DNA of 51,072 nt from Deltaproteobacteria bacterium (GCA_019313385.1 JAFDBG010000011.1:1-51072); one strand, 5' to 3'. Positions 1 through 10,382 are shown, counted from the first letter of the stretch. Program-made: numbers and translations. Notes: generated by a model from the letters alone, not told the origin.

Positions 1-243
1 ACGCAGGAGAAATTGTCCAGGTTTTACCAAATTTTCAAAGAGCAGCTCTCTAACCAAATTGATATAAAAAATGTCAATTTTTACTGTTGACTTTAAAAGG
101 AATAACTAATTAACCTCTAATTAACCCCCTAATTAGCCTTTTGTGATTTCTCCCCGTTTCAACCATCTGATTTGGTTTGATTTTGAAAGACTCCTTGTGC
201 TATAAGTCCAACGATAATTCAGGTATGAAGGGAGAAGAACAGC

Positions 244-624
244 ATGACAGATGAAAAGACTTTGGAAGAATACACAGTGGCAGAGCTGAAGGAGATTGCA
301 CAAGGCACCGGGAAGATTGAGAGCCTCAGCGCCATGAAAAAGGCTGATCTAATAAGCGCTATCGAGGCTGCGCGGGATGAGATTGTGGAGACAGTGGAAA
401 AAGATGTTTCTTCTGAACCTGCCAAAGAAAAGCCTAAAAAGAAAGCTGGAAAGGCGCCCGAAAAATCCGAGGTGACAGTATTGTCCCTGAAAGAAAAGAT
501 GGGAATGCTCAAACAGAAAAAGGATGAACTGGAGAAGGGAGACAGGATGGGAACTGACCGTCTCAGGAGAAGGATAAACAGGCTCAAGAAAAGGACAAGG
601 ATAGTGGCAAGAGCTGCCTCTTAA
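244..624 (+). CDS. Rho termination factor N-terminal-like domain protein
   Basis: N-terminal TVAELKEIA...MKKADLISAI resembles the Rho_N helical motif; Lys-rich linker; purine-rich RBS upstream. Confidence 0.6.
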   Translation: MTDEKTLEEYTVAELKEIAQGTGKIESLSAMKKADLISAIEAARDEIVETVEKDVSSEPAKEKPKKKAGKAPEKSEVTVLSLKEKMGMLKQKKDELEKGDRMGTDRLRRRINRLKKRTRIVARAAS

Positions 625-648
625 AAATATAATACCGGAGGTTGAGTT

Positions 649-1302
649 ATGTTTGTAGGAAAAAGGATGACGAGAGATCTTATAACCGTAACCAGAGATA
701 CAAGCATCCTCAAGGTAAAAAATATCTTAAAGGAGCATAGTATCGATCAGATTCCCGTGGTGGAGGGGAAGAAGCTGGTGGGTATTATTACAGACAGAGA
801 TATCAGAGTTAATTTGCCATCTCCGGCGAGCACACTTTCTGTTCACGAGCTTAATTATCTTCTCTCGGAGATTAAGACAGAGAGTGCCATGACCAAAAAG
901 GTATTCACAACTACGCCCGGAACTACCATTGAAGAAGCAGCCAGGTTGATAAATGAAAAACATGTCAACAGTCTGCCGGTTGTGGTCGATGATGAACTGG
1001 TTGGTCTGATTACTACCTGTGACCTTCTGAATATTCTCCTTGAATTCATAGGGGTGCACAGCGCGCCGAGCGGTCGAGTGGAACTCAAGCTTTCAAGCAA
1101 TATAGGCGAAATAGCGAAGATAGCGAGTATCATAAACGGTATGGGGTTGAAGATAGTGTCTATGGTCTCTACTATAGACAAAGACAACAACGGTTTTCGC
1201 CCCACGCTTGTTAGGGTTGATACGGATGATACGAGTGATCTTTGCAGGGTTCTTAAAGCCGCCGGGTACACCGTTATTGATGAGTACAGGGTGGAAAAAT
1301 AG
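649..1302 (+). CDS. CBS-pair plus ACT-like domain protein (AcuB-like)
   Basis: Two CBS motifs (IPVV..LVGIITDRD; LPVV..LVGLITTCD) followed by an ACT-like C-terminus; GGAGG RBS. Confidence 0.8.
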   Translation: MFVGKRMTRDLITVTRDTSILKVKNILKEHSIDQIPVVEGKKLVGIITDRDIRVNLPSPASTLSVHELNYLLSEIKTESAMTKKVFTTTPGTTIEEAARLINEKHVNSLPVVVDDELVGLITTCDLLNILLEFIGVHSAPSGRVELKLSSNIGEIAKIASIINGMGLKIVSMVSTIDKDNNGFRPTLVRVDTDDTSDLCRVLKAAGYTVIDEYRVEK

Positions 1303-1316
1303 ATAAAGTCAGAGAT

Positions 1317-2882
1317 TTGACCCCAAAGAAAGAAACAGAAAACACCCGTGTGGTGAAAGCGGCGTGGGTTGTCGGACTTGCAACTCTGCTAAGCAGGGTG
1401 TTCGGCTTTATCCGGGACGTGGTAATAGCTGGATTCTTCGGGGCGGGACCGGCTACAGATGCCTTTTTCGTCGCCTTCAGGATTCCCAATCTTCTCCGCC
1501 GTTTGTTTGCGGAAGGCTCTCTCACCATAGCCTTTATTCCAGTTTTTACCGGATACCTCAAACGATCAAAAAAACAGGCCGTTGAGCTTGCAGGTATCGC
1601 CTTTACGCTTCTCTCCATTATTCTTGTGCTGGTCTCGGTTGTAGGGGTATTGCTTTCTCCCTGGATTGTCAGAATTATGGCGCCCGGGTTTGCTGACGTT
1701 CCGGATAAATACGCGCTCACAGTATTTCTAACCCGCCTGATGTTCCCCTATATTTTTTTTATATCCCTGGTAGCACTGTGCATGGGCATTCTCAATTCCT
1801 TCAGGCACTTTGCGGCGCCTGCCCTCGCTCCGGTAATGCTTAATATATGCATGATAGCCGCCGCGTTTCTCCTGAAAGACTGTTTCAGAGAGCCGATAAT
1901 ATCCCTCGCTGTGGGTGTTATGGCGGGAGGAGTTCTTCAGCTTGCCATGCAATTCCCGTTTCTGATCAGGGTGGGCGCGAGGTTGAGACCGAATTTCCAC
2001 TTTGATCATCCGGGAATAAAGAGGATAGGGGTACTGATGCTTCCGGCGGTATTCGGCGCCGCTGTCTATCAGGCAAGCATATTCATAAACACCATCCTGG
2101 CATCGCTTCTTCCTGAAGGCAGCGTGTCATACCTGTACTATGCCGACAGGGTGGTGCAGCTTCCGCTCGGTGTGTTCGCGATTGCGGTGGGGACGGCATC
2201 GCTCCCCAGTTTTTCAGAACAGATGGCCGGAGGAAATTATGAAGGATTGAAGGATACAATCTCATTTTCACTGAGGTTGATCCTGTTTGTTACTATACCG
2301 GCAATGATTGCCCTGATTGTCCTGCGTGTACCTATCATATCTGTGCTCTTCCAGCGTGGGAAGTTCGATGTTTCGTCAACGCTTTTTACCGCCCAGGCAC
2401 TGTTTTATTATGCCGTAGGCCTGTGGGCATTTTCGTGCATAAGGGTTATAGTGTCCGCGTTTTACGCCCTGCAGGATACCAGGACTCCTGTAAAGATTGC
2501 GGTTGCTGCGCTCCTTGTAAATGTTATAATGAGCGTTGTGCTGATGTTCCCTATGAAACACGCCGGACTCGCGCTTGCCACATCAATTGCCTCCGCGGTC
2601 AATGTTGTTATCCTTGCCGTGATATTGAAAAGGAAAGTGGGAAGGTTTCTTAAAAAGAGTTTCTGGATATCTGTGTTCAAGACCACGCTGGCATCCGGGG
2701 TCATGGGGTTGTCAATAATTGCAGTAAACTATACTCTCGGATGGAACGGCGAAGGGGCTTTCGGCGAAAGGTTGTTGTTCCTGACAGTCGCGGTGACTGT
2801 CGGGCTTGCTGTATTTGCTATGAGTTCGCTTATCCTGGGAAGCTCCGAGATGAAATCTTTGCTCAGAATGAAAAATGGATAA
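1317..2882 (+). CDS. murJ: Lipid II flippase MurJ (MviN)
   Basis: SRVFGFIRD, DAFFVAFRIPNLLRRLFAEG and YYADRVVQLPLG motifs; polytopic membrane protein. Confidence 0.95.
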   Translation: MTPKKETENTRVVKAAWVVGLATLLSRVFGFIRDVVIAGFFGAGPATDAFFVAFRIPNLLRRLFAEGSLTIAFIPVFTGYLKRSKKQAVELAGIAFTLLSIILVLVSVVGVLLSPWIVRIMAPGFADVPDKYALTVFLTRLMFPYIFFISLVALCMGILNSFRHFAAPALAPVMLNICMIAAAFLLKDCFREPIISLAVGVMAGGVLQLAMQFPFLIRVGARLRPNFHFDHPGIKRIGVLMLPAVFGAAVYQASIFINTILASLLPEGSVSYLYYADRVVQLPLGVFAIAVGTASLPSFSEQMAGGNYEGLKDTISFSLRLILFVTIPAMIALIVLRVPIISVLFQRGKFDVSSTLFTAQALFYYAVGLWAFSCIRVIVSAFYALQDTRTPVKIAVAALLVNVIMSVVLMFPMKHAGLALATSIASAVNVVILAVILKRKVGRFLKKSFWISVFKTTLASGVMGLSIIAVNYTLGWNGEGAFGERLLFLTVAVTVGLAVFAMSSLILGSSEMKSLLRMKNG

Positions 2883-2887
2883 AGACT

Positions 2888-3493
2888 ATGCTGCTGAAGA
2901 TAAATAGCAAAAATCCCCAGACTCGGCTTATAAAAAGGGCCGCTCAGGTGCTGAATGACGGAGGTATCGTGGTTTATCCCACAGATACATCTTATGGAAT
3001 GGGGTGTGATCTGTTCAATAAACGGGGTATCGAGAAGATATATGAGATAAAAAAGAGGAGCAAAAAGCAGCCCTTCAGCTTTATCTGTGCCGATCTTGGT
3101 GATATAAGCAACTATGCGGTGGTGACCAATTACGCGTATAAAATCATGAGGCGGCTGCTGCCCGGTCCCTATACCTTCATACTGGGGGCATCCAGGCTGG
3201 TTCCGAAGATTCTGCTGCCGAGGAGGAAGGAAGTAGGAATAAGGATCCCGGACAACGAGATATGTCTTTCTCTTGTCAGAGAATTCGGGGGTCCGATAAT
3301 CAGCACCACAGTAAAATCGAGTGAGGATGAGATAATAACAGATCCAGACATAATAGAAGAGAAACTTGGACATTGCATAGATCTGATTATAGATGGAGAT
3401 ATCCTGCCCCCTGAGCTATCAACGGTTGTGAATCTTGCTAATGATACACCTGAGATAGTCAGAGAAGGGAAGGGCGATCCAGATGTATTTTGA
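2888..3493 (+). CDS. Sua5/YciO/YrdC family protein (threonylcarbamoyl-AMP synthase-like)
   Basis: VVYPTDTSYGMGC, LLPGPYTFIL and VGIRIPD motifs; start taken at ATG 2888 just after the murJ stop. Confidence 0.88.
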   Translation: MLLKINSKNPQTRLIKRAAQVLNDGGIVVYPTDTSYGMGCDLFNKRGIEKIYEIKKRSKKQPFSFICADLGDISNYAVVTNYAYKIMRRLLPGPYTFILGASRLVPKILLPRRKEVGIRIPDNEICLSLVREFGGPIISTTVKSSEDEIITDPDIIEEKLGHCIDLIIDGDILPPELSTVVNLANDTPEIVREGKGDPDVF

Positions 3494-3570
3494 CATGTAT
3501 ACAAAAACGGTTCACTGTTCGCAGGTAACCTTGAAAATTGATGTACTTTGAGTGATTACGAAAGAGGATT

Positions 3571-5358
3571 ATGATGACTAAAAAAATGCTTATAAATACA
3601 ATAGATGAAGAAGAAAGCCGGATGGCCATTATTGAAGACGGCAATCTGGTGGAATATAATATAAGAATGTCGGTCAAGGAACCGACAACCGGTAATATAT
3701 ACAATGGAAGTGTGCAAAATGTGCAGCAGGGACTGCGGGCGGCCTTTGTGGATTATGGCACCGGCAAGAGCGGTTTTCTGCCGCTGCGTGATGTAGCGCC
3801 GGAATACTTCAGCGAGGACAGGAAGTTACAAATAGGAAAAAAACTACTGGTGCAGGTTGTAAGAGAAGAAAAAGGATCCAAAGGCGCCATGCTGACAACA
3901 CATATCTCGCTTCCCGGTCGATACCTTGTCCTCATGCCTAACAGGCGGGGTAGTGGTGGAATTTCCCGCAAGATAGAGAATGAAGCGGACAGAAGGAAGC
4001 TCAAGGAGGTAATGGGGCAGATAACCGAACAGGAGAATATGGGATTTATCGTTCGCACCGCCGGCATGAGCAGGACAAAACAGGAGCTTATCCGGGACTA
4101 CCAGATGCTGCTGAGGCTGTGGAAAGACATGAAAGGAAAATCTGAAAAGACTACAGCGCCCGAATTGATATACCAGGAGACCGATTTTGCTGTCAGGGCA
4201 TTCCGGGATTATTATACATCAGATATCAATGAGATACTGGTTGATGACTCAGAAACTGCCCGGAAGATGAGGGCCTACTGCAAGGCTGTCTCGCCAAGAA
4301 ATGTAAGGATGATAAAGTTTTATAAGGAAGAGACGCCGCTGTTCGACCGATATGATATCGAAGACCAGATAAATGAGATATATCAGCCGCGCGTGATGCT
4401 TAAATCGGGTGTTTCCATCGTAATAGACTCCACCGAAGCGGGGATAACCATCGACGTAAACTCAGGCCGTTTGAAAAAGCGTGACGTGGAAGAGACCGCG
4501 TACACAACAAACATGGAAGCGGCTGTAGAGATAGCGAGGCAACTACGCCTGAGAGACCTTGGAGGACTCATCGTGGTCGATTTTATCGACATGATGGACA
4601 AGAAGCACATTAGTCAGGTGGAGAAGGCATTCCGGGACGCACTGAAGGTGGACAGATCCAGGATACAGATGGCAAAGATATCCAGATTCGGCATGCTGGA
4701 ATTATCACGACAGAAGAAACAGTCCACAATACAGGAAATCAGCTATTCGGTCTGTCCCTATTGCAGAGGAAATGGTGTCAGACCGTCCGTGGAATATCTG
4801 GCGATCAGCGCGCTCCGGAGGATTAAAGCCGAGGCGGCAAAAGAGCAGTCTTCGGAGATTGATGTTACACTTCCACCGGAGGTAACCGCGTATCTCCTCA
4901 ACCAGAAGAGAGGCCAGTTAAGCAAACTGGAGGCCCTTCATGGTGTTTCCGTGACCATCTCAGGAGACTCCGATCTGCTGTGGGGCGAATTTCATGTCAA
5001 GACGGTGAAAAGGGACGAAGAGGAAACGAAACCGGTCGTCAGCAAGCCGGCCCGGAGGAGAAGAAGACCTCGACATACAACACCCGGAAATTCTAAACAT
5101 TCCGGAGCTTCCGATAAAGATGCCGTATCATCTGAGGCCGGCGGAGCGGATAAACCGGGTGTAACGGAATCGCATACAGTACCTCCTGAAAAAGTACCTC
5201 CTAAGAAAGTACCCCCTGAGAAAGTACCTACTGAGAAAGTACCTACTGAGGAAGTGCCTCCTGCGAAAGTACCCCCTGAGAAAGTGCGGGCTGAGGAAGA
5301 GCGGGACTCCGCTAAAAAAGGTGGCATAGTAGGCAAGCTGTATGATTTCTTTAAATAA
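3571..5358 (+). CDS. rne: Rne/Rng family ribonuclease (RNase E/G)
   Basis: S1 region AAFVDYG, IDVNSG, LRLRDLGGLIVVDFID, Zn-link CPYC; low-complexity C-terminal tail. Confidence 0.9.
   Translation: MMTKKMLINTIDEEESRMAIIEDGNLVEYNIRMSVKEPTTGNIYNGSVQNVQQGLRAAFVDYGTGKSGFLPLRDVAPEYFSEDRKLQIGKKLLVQVVREEKGSKGAMLTTHISLPGRYLVLMPNRRGSGGISRKIENEADRRKLKEVMGQITEQENMGFIVRTAGMSRTKQELIRDYQMLLRLWKDMKGKSEKTTAPELIYQETDFAVRAFRDYYTSDINEILVDDSETARKMRAYCKAVSPRNVRMIKFYKEETPLFDRYDIEDQINEIYQPRVMLKSGVSIVIDSTEAGITIDVNSGRLKKRDVEETAYTTNMEAAVEIARQLRLRDLGGLIVVDFIDMMDKKHISQVEKAFRDALKVDRSRIQMAKISRFGMLELSRQKKQSTIQEISYSVCPYCRGNGVRPSVEYLAISALRRIKAEAAKEQSSEIDVTLPPEVTAYLLNQKRGQLSKLEALHGVSVTISGDSDLLWGEFHVKTVKRDEEETKPVVSKPARRRRRPRHTTPGNSKHSGASDKDAVSSEAGGADKPGVTESHTVPPEKVPPKKVPPEKVPTEKVPTEEVPPAKVPPEKVRAEEERDSAKKGGIVGKLYDFFK
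5179..5298 (+). repeat. In-frame 15-bp tandem repeat (7-8 units, VPPEK-like) in the RNase E/G tail
   Basis: gtacctcctgaaaaa / gtacctcctaagaaa / gtaccccctgagaaa / gtacctactgagaaa ... read directly. Confidence 0.95.
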
Positions 5359-5393
5359 ACAGACGTTGAACTGAACAGCTATCGCATTCCCCT

Positions 5394-5422
5394 CTGCCTG
5401 TCTGCGTGCGACGCACAGGCAG
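5394..5422. repeat. Short palindromic REP-like element
   Basis: ctgcctgtctgcgtgcgacgcacaggcag forms a hairpin; a second copy lies at ~41749-41772. Confidence 0.75.
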
Positions 5423-5555
5423 CTTGCGGTGGGTTGGCAAGCGAATAAAACTTTTCCTTAATTCCGCTTATGCGGGGTTGAGGAAAGCGTCATTATCCTT
5501 TCCCATATGCCGACATATCGAAGATTCGGGTTTAAATTCCCAGGTGAAAAGGAAT

Positions 5556-7181
5556 ATGAAAAGAATTTCAGGAAACATTGTTGATGTGGTGCATTCCGAA
5601 ATCTACCCGGGGACGCTGGTGATTTCGGAGGGCAGGATAGCCGACATTATCCGGGAAGAAACAGGTAATGATACGTACATCATGCCCGGTTTTGTAGATG
5701 CCCATATCCATATTGAAAGCTCGATGCTGACACCCACTGAATTCTCCAGGATAGCGACCGTGCATGGCACGGTCGCCACGGTATCAGATCCGCATGAGAT
5801 CGCGAATGTGCTGGGTATTGAAGGCGTGAAGTATATGATAGAAGACGCGAAGATGTCCTCGGTGAAGATTTGTTTTGGAGCGCCTTCCTGCGTTCCGGCA
5901 ACGCCCTTTGAGACAGCGGGCGCCATGCTGGGAGTGGAAGAAGTGGAAGAACTGCTCAAACTGGATGAGATTGGATATCTGAGTGAAGTCATGAATTTCC
6001 CTGGAGTTCTAAACGGCGACAAGGAGATCATGGACAAAATATACATTGCCGCAGAATACTTTAAACCGGTGGACGGCCATGCTCCAGGCCTGCGCGGATG
6101 TGAGCTGGAGAGATACATAAACGCCGGGATATCGACAAATCATGAATGCCTTTCGTGTGAAGAGGCGCTGGAGAACATCGAAAAGGGCGTTAAGGTTCAA
6201 ATCAGAAAAGGGTCCGCGGCTGATATCTTTGAAGAGTGTCTCCCTATCCTTGACGAGTACTACAAAAGCTGTATGTTTTGCAGTGATGACAAACACCCCA
6301 ACGACCTGCTGAAGGGCCACATCAATGATATGGTGAAAGGGGCGATCGATTATGGCGTTGATGTCATGAAGGTTCTGAGGATCGCGTCGGTGAATCCTGT
6401 ATTGCACTATCGTCTGAATGTGGGTCTGCTTCGCAAGGGTGACCCGGCTGACTTTATCAGGGTTGATAACCTTGCCGACCTCAATATACTGGAAACGTAT
6501 ATAAATGGCAGGGCAGTGGCACGTGATGGTGTTTCGCTGATACCCGGAAGGGCTTCAAAGATTGTCAACAACTTTCGCTCGGCCCCCAAAGAGCCCGCTT
6601 CATTTGCGATCCCCTGTGGAGGGAGCAGGATAAACATTATAAGGGCCACTGACGGAACTTTGTTTACGGACAAATTAATTGAAATTCCAAAGGTGAAAAA
6701 CGGCTGCGCGGTGTCGGACACAGACAGGGATATTCTCAAGCTGGCAGTCGTGAACCGGTATAAAGACACAAAACCGGCAGTGGGTTTTGCTGGCAGCTTT
6801 GGTATACAAACCGGGGCTATCGCGTCCAGCGTGGCGCATGATTCCCACAACATTGTGGCCGTCGGGGTCTCTGATGAGGATATATGCAGGGCTGTCAATC
6901 TGATTATCAGCAACAGTGGTGGTATTGTGGCTGTCTCGGGGAACAGGGAGGAGATACTCCCGCTGCCGACAGCCGGAATCATGAGTGATAAGGATTACGC
7001 CACCGTGGCCGACGGATATATACGGCTCGATAAAATGGCCAAGGCTATGGGATCAAAACTCCGGGCACCCTTTATGACCCTCTCATTTATGGCACTCCTT
7101 GTAATCCCGAGGATAAAGATGAGTGATAAAGGGCTGTTCGACGTCGAGACATTCGGTGCCATAGATCTCTTCTGCCGGTAG
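5556..7181 (+). CDS. ade: Adenine deaminase
   Basis: DAHIHIESS, SDPHEIANV, DGHAPGL, SDDKH and SSVAHDSHN motifs; ATG 5556 after AAGGA. Confidence 0.93.
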   Translation: MKRISGNIVDVVHSEIYPGTLVISEGRIADIIREETGNDTYIMPGFVDAHIHIESSMLTPTEFSRIATVHGTVATVSDPHEIANVLGIEGVKYMIEDAKMSSVKICFGAPSCVPATPFETAGAMLGVEEVEELLKLDEIGYLSEVMNFPGVLNGDKEIMDKIYIAAEYFKPVDGHAPGLRGCELERYINAGISTNHECLSCEEALENIEKGVKVQIRKGSAADIFEECLPILDEYYKSCMFCSDDKHPNDLLKGHINDMVKGAIDYGVDVMKVLRIASVNPVLHYRLNVGLLRKGDPADFIRVDNLADLNILETYINGRAVARDGVSLIPGRASKIVNNFRSAPKEPASFAIPCGGSRINIIRATDGTLFTDKLIEIPKVKNGCAVSDTDRDILKLAVVNRYKDTKPAVGFAGSFGIQTGAIASSVAHDSHNIVAVGVSDEDICRAVNLIISNSGGIVAVSGNREEILPLPTAGIMSDKDYATVADGYIRLDKMAKAMGSKLRAPFMTLSFMALLVIPRIKMSDKGLFDVETFGAIDLFCR

Positions 7182-7200
7182 TACTGCGAAGCTTTTTTAC

Positions 7201-7229
7201 TTGATTATAGTCGGCATCTGGAATAGAGT
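7201..7229 (+). promoter_or_regulatory. Candidate sigma70 promoter for the thi operon
   Basis: TTGATT-17 bp-TAGAGT immediately upstream of the TPP aptamer. Confidence 0.5.
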
Positions 7230-7237
7230 AGCGGCCA

Positions 7238-7330
7238 TAGAATTCAGGGGTGCTCGGGACATATTGATCCCGGGCTGAGATGATACCCTTTGAACCGGAT
7301 CTGGGTAATGCCAGCGCAGGGAGATAGAAT
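7238..7330 (+). ncRNA. TPP riboswitch
   Basis: GGGGTGC...GCTGAGA...ACCCTTTGAACCGGATCTGGGTAATGCCAGCGCAGGGAG consensus upstream of thiamine genes. Confidence 0.95.
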
Positions 7331-7349
7331 TAAGCATCTTTATCTTTTT

Positions 7350-7387
7350 AAGGCATACCCCCAAACGGGTATGCCTTTTTTGTTTTT
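7350..7387 (+). terminator. Intrinsic terminator (riboswitch expression platform)
   Basis: aaggcataccc-ccaaac-gggtatgcctt followed by a T-tract. Confidence 0.9.
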
Positions 7388-7404
7388 GACCGGGAGTGGA
7401 CGTC

Positions 7405-8055
7405 ATGAATAAGACAATCTTTGTCATATCGGGTGGTGTCATGGATGATATCCGGTTTTTATATGATGAGATCAGAATCGCCGGAGATCCGGTGATTATC
7501 TGCGCCGACGGAGCGGCACAGAGATTGAAAGAGCTTGATGTCGTGCCCGATTGTATCGTGGGGGACATGGATTCCGTCGACGAGAAAACCCTGCAATACT
7601 TCGAGGCAAAGGGAAGCCGGATCATCAGGCACAGTATCGACAAGGACGAGACCGACACGCAGCTCGCGCTTGAGTGCGCCTTTGAAATGGACCCGGAGGA
7701 GATACGCATATTCGGAGCCCTCGGGGGGAGGATCGACCACGCGCTGGCGAACATCTCATTACTTGTCATGTGCGCGAAGCATGGGGTCGAAACAAAGATA
7801 GTAGACAGTGACTGCGAACTTTTTATCGTAACCGGGTCATGCGTGATAGACGGCAGGGAAGGGGACACTGTTTCACTGCTGCCCCTTTCTTCGGATGTAA
7901 AAGGAATCACGCTGGAGGGTTTCCGCTACCCGCTGACCGATGGGACAATGGAGATCGGAACGCCCTACGGTATCAGCAACAGGCTGGCCGGGACAAGAGG
8001 AACAATTTCAGTGAAGTCAGGATATCTGCTGGTTATACGGCAGTTTGGAATTTAG
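7405..8055 (+). CDS. thiN: Thiamine pyrophosphokinase
   Basis: CADGAA, VGDMDS, DKDETDT, GALGGRIDH and GISN motifs. Confidence 0.9.
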   Translation: MNKTIFVISGGVMDDIRFLYDEIRIAGDPVIICADGAAQRLKELDVVPDCIVGDMDSVDEKTLQYFEAKGSRIIRHSIDKDETDTQLALECAFEMDPEEIRIFGALGGRIDHALANISLLVMCAKHGVETKIVDSDCELFIVTGSCVIDGREGDTVSLLPLSSDVKGITLEGFRYPLTDGTMEIGTPYGISNRLAGTRGTISVKSGYLLVIRQFGI

Positions 8056-8066
8056 AGGGGTACAAT

Positions 8067-8891
8067 ATGACGATAAAGAGAGTGTTGACTATAGCAGGAT
8101 CGGATTCCGGCGGCGGAGCCGGGATACAGGCGGATCTCAAAACCATTACGGCGCTTGGCGGGTTCGGTATGAGCGTGATCACGGCCTTGACGGCTCAGAA
8201 CACGCTGGGGGTGCATGGGATTTACGAGGTCCCGACCGATTTTATTGAAAAGCAGTTCGACGCGGTGGCGACCGATATCGGTGCTGATGCAGCGAAGACC
8301 GGGATGCTTTCCAGCTCGGAGATAATGGTAACCGTCGCGGAAAAGGTCGAACAGTACGGTATAGAAAAACTCGTTGTCGACCCCGTGATGGTAGCAAAAG
8401 GCGGCGCGATGTTGATACGGCAGGATGCGAAACAGACACTGATCGACAAACTTTTGCCGCTGGCATTTGTGATCACCCCGAATATCCCCGAGGCCGAAGA
8501 GCTGACCGGGATGAAGATTGTAACCGTTGAAGACATGAAAGAAGCGGCCGGAGTCATAAACCGGATGGGTGCAAAAAATGTCTTTGTAAAAGGGGGGCAC
8601 ATGTCGGGGGACGCCCTCGATATCCTGTATGATGGCGGAAATTTCCATGAATTTACCTCAGAGAGAGTGGACACGAAGAATACGCACGGTACCGGATGCA
8701 CCACCTCCGCCGCTATCGCAACGGGACTCGCGCAGGGGATGGATGTGTATGAGGCGGTAAAAAGGGCGAAAGAGTACATAACCGAGGCCATCAAACATTC
8801 TCTCCGTATAGGCAAAGGACACGGCCCGACCAATCACATGGCCTATCTGTTTAGGAACGGTGGTATGCCCGAAAGTGGCTTTAAGGAATAG
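8067..8891 (+). CDS. thiD: Hydroxymethylpyrimidine/phosphomethylpyrimidine kinase
   Basis: LTIAGSDSGGGAGIQADLKT and THGTGCT motifs. Confidence 0.95.
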   Translation: MTIKRVLTIAGSDSGGGAGIQADLKTITALGGFGMSVITALTAQNTLGVHGIYEVPTDFIEKQFDAVATDIGADAAKTGMLSSSEIMVTVAEKVEQYGIEKLVVDPVMVAKGGAMLIRQDAKQTLIDKLLPLAFVITPNIPEAEELTGMKIVTVEDMKEAAGVINRMGAKNVFVKGGHMSGDALDILYDGGNFHEFTSERVDTKNTHGTGCTTSAAIATGLAQGMDVYEAVKRAKEYITEAIKHSLRIGKGHGPTNHMAYLFRNGGMPESGFKE

Positions 8892-8899
8892 AGACCATT

Positions 8900-9643
8900 A
8901 TGCTTTCAGTCTCGGGCCTGACAAAGAAATTTGAAGATCTCACTGTTATGGAAGGGTTTGACCTGACCGTGCGCAGGGGAGGGTTTACCACTCTTATAGG
9001 TCCGTCCGGTTGCGGCAAGAGCACCCTTTTCGATGTGCTGACCGGTGTTTTTCCAAGGGATGGCGGCAGGATATCCTGGCTTGGAGAAGATGTTCCCGAT
9101 CTGATGGGCAGGGCGGCTTACATGCAGCAGAAAGACCTGCTTCTCCCGTGGTTTTCCCTGATCGATAATGCCCTGCTTCCGGCAAAGATTGCCGGAGATA
9201 GTGAGAACTGGTCACGGGAAAAGGCATCGGCCCTGTTCAACCGTCTGGGGCTGCACGATTTTGAGGATTATATGCCGCAGAAAGTGTCTGGAGGCATGCG
9301 CCAGCGCTGCGCGCTTGTGAGAACCCTGATGTTCGAGCATGAACTGGTTCTCCTGGACGAACCCATCTCTTCCCTTGACGCCATAACCCGAAGAAGTCTT
9401 CAAGGCTTGCTCCTGTTGCTCCAAAGTGAGTTTAACAAGACTATACTGATGATCACGCACGACATAGAGGAGGCCCTTCTGATGTCTGATGAACTGCTGG
9501 TACTGACGCCTATGCCGATGCGGATAAGAGAACGCTTTGTCCTGGAAATGCCGAAACCCGGAAGGAGCAGTAATCCTGAACTGCTGAAGATAAAAGAGCA
9601 CGTGCTTGAAGAACTGGAGGGGGATCTGGATGGAACGATCTAA
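8900..9643 (+). CDS. ABC transporter ATP-binding protein (NitT/TauT type; putative thiamine-precursor uptake)
   Basis: Walker A GPSGCGKST, SGGMRQR, LLDEP and ITHD motifs; operon context. Confidence 0.88.
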   Translation: MLSVSGLTKKFEDLTVMEGFDLTVRRGGFTTLIGPSGCGKSTLFDVLTGVFPRDGGRISWLGEDVPDLMGRAAYMQQKDLLLPWFSLIDNALLPAKIAGDSENWSREKASALFNRLGLHDFEDYMPQKVSGGMRQRCALVRTLMFEHELVLLDEPISSLDAITRRSLQGLLLLLQSEFNKTILMITHDIEEALLMSDELLVLTPMPMRIRERFVLEMPKPGRSSNPELLKIKEHVLEELEGDLDGTI

Positions 9644-10367
9644 CTGGATTTCTCTGCTGATTGCTTTGACTTTTATTGCAATCTGGGAATTTGCCTGCGG
9701 GTGGTTTTCTGTCCCTGATTTCATCCTTCCTGCCCCCAGCGAGATATTAAAGACGACGGTACTTAAGACATCTCTCCTCCTGCCGCACGCGGGTGTGACC
9801 GCGCTGGAGATAATAATGGGAATATTCCTGTCCCTGCTGGTCGCGGTGCCACTTGCGACGGTCATGTTTGCCTGTCCTTCAATCGAACGTGCCCTGTCTC
9901 CTTTTCTCGTGGCATCTCAGGCGGTGCCCGTGTTCGCCCTGGCTCCCCTCCTGGTGATATGGCTTGGATATGGTCTTGCCAGCAAAGTCCTGATGGCGGC
10001 AATTATCATCTTCTTTCCCATAACAGTCAGCCTGCTTGAGGGATATAAGAACTGTGATCGTGAATACGCGGTTTTCTTCGATCTGATGGGCGCCGGATCC
10101 TGGAAGAAGCTACGGCTTCTCTACTGGCCATGGGCCCTCCCATATTTCTTTTCCGGGCTGAGGGTTGGGGTCACCGTCGCCACGATCGGGGCGGTCATCG
10201 GAGAGTGGGTGGGCGCGCAAAGGGGCCTTGGCTATCTGATGATACAGGCCAACGCGAGGTTGCAGGTGTCGCTGGTATTCGCGGCGATCGTGTGGCTGTC
10301 CGCTATGGGACTTGCCCTGTGGGTATTTGTCGGCTTTCTGGAAAGGAAAGTCATTTACTGGAAATAG
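9630..10367 (+). CDS. ABC transporter permease (NitT/TauT type, ThiX-like)
   Basis: Hydrophobic; LPAPSEI and GAVIGEWVGAQRGLGYLM motifs. Confidence 0.85.
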   Translation: MERSNWISLLIALTFIAIWEFACGWFSVPDFILPAPSEILKTTVLKTSLLLPHAGVTALEIIMGIFLSLLVAVPLATVMFACPSIERALSPFLVASQAVPVFALAPLLVIWLGYGLASKVLMAAIIIFFPITVSLLEGYKNCDREYAVFFDLMGAGSWKKLRLLYWPWALPYFFSGLRVGVTVATIGAVIGEWVGAQRGLGYLMIQANARLQVSLVFAAIVWLSAMGLALWVFVGFLERKVIYWK

Positions 10368-10382
10368 TAATTACCCAGGTTG

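Noticed and set aside
5406-5555. N-terminal extension of adenine deaminase in the ORF track
   Set aside because: Starts inside a palindromic repeat; a better ATG with RBS lies at 5556 (similar over-extensions trimmed for ORFs at 2741, 7839, 20385, 20743 and 47724)
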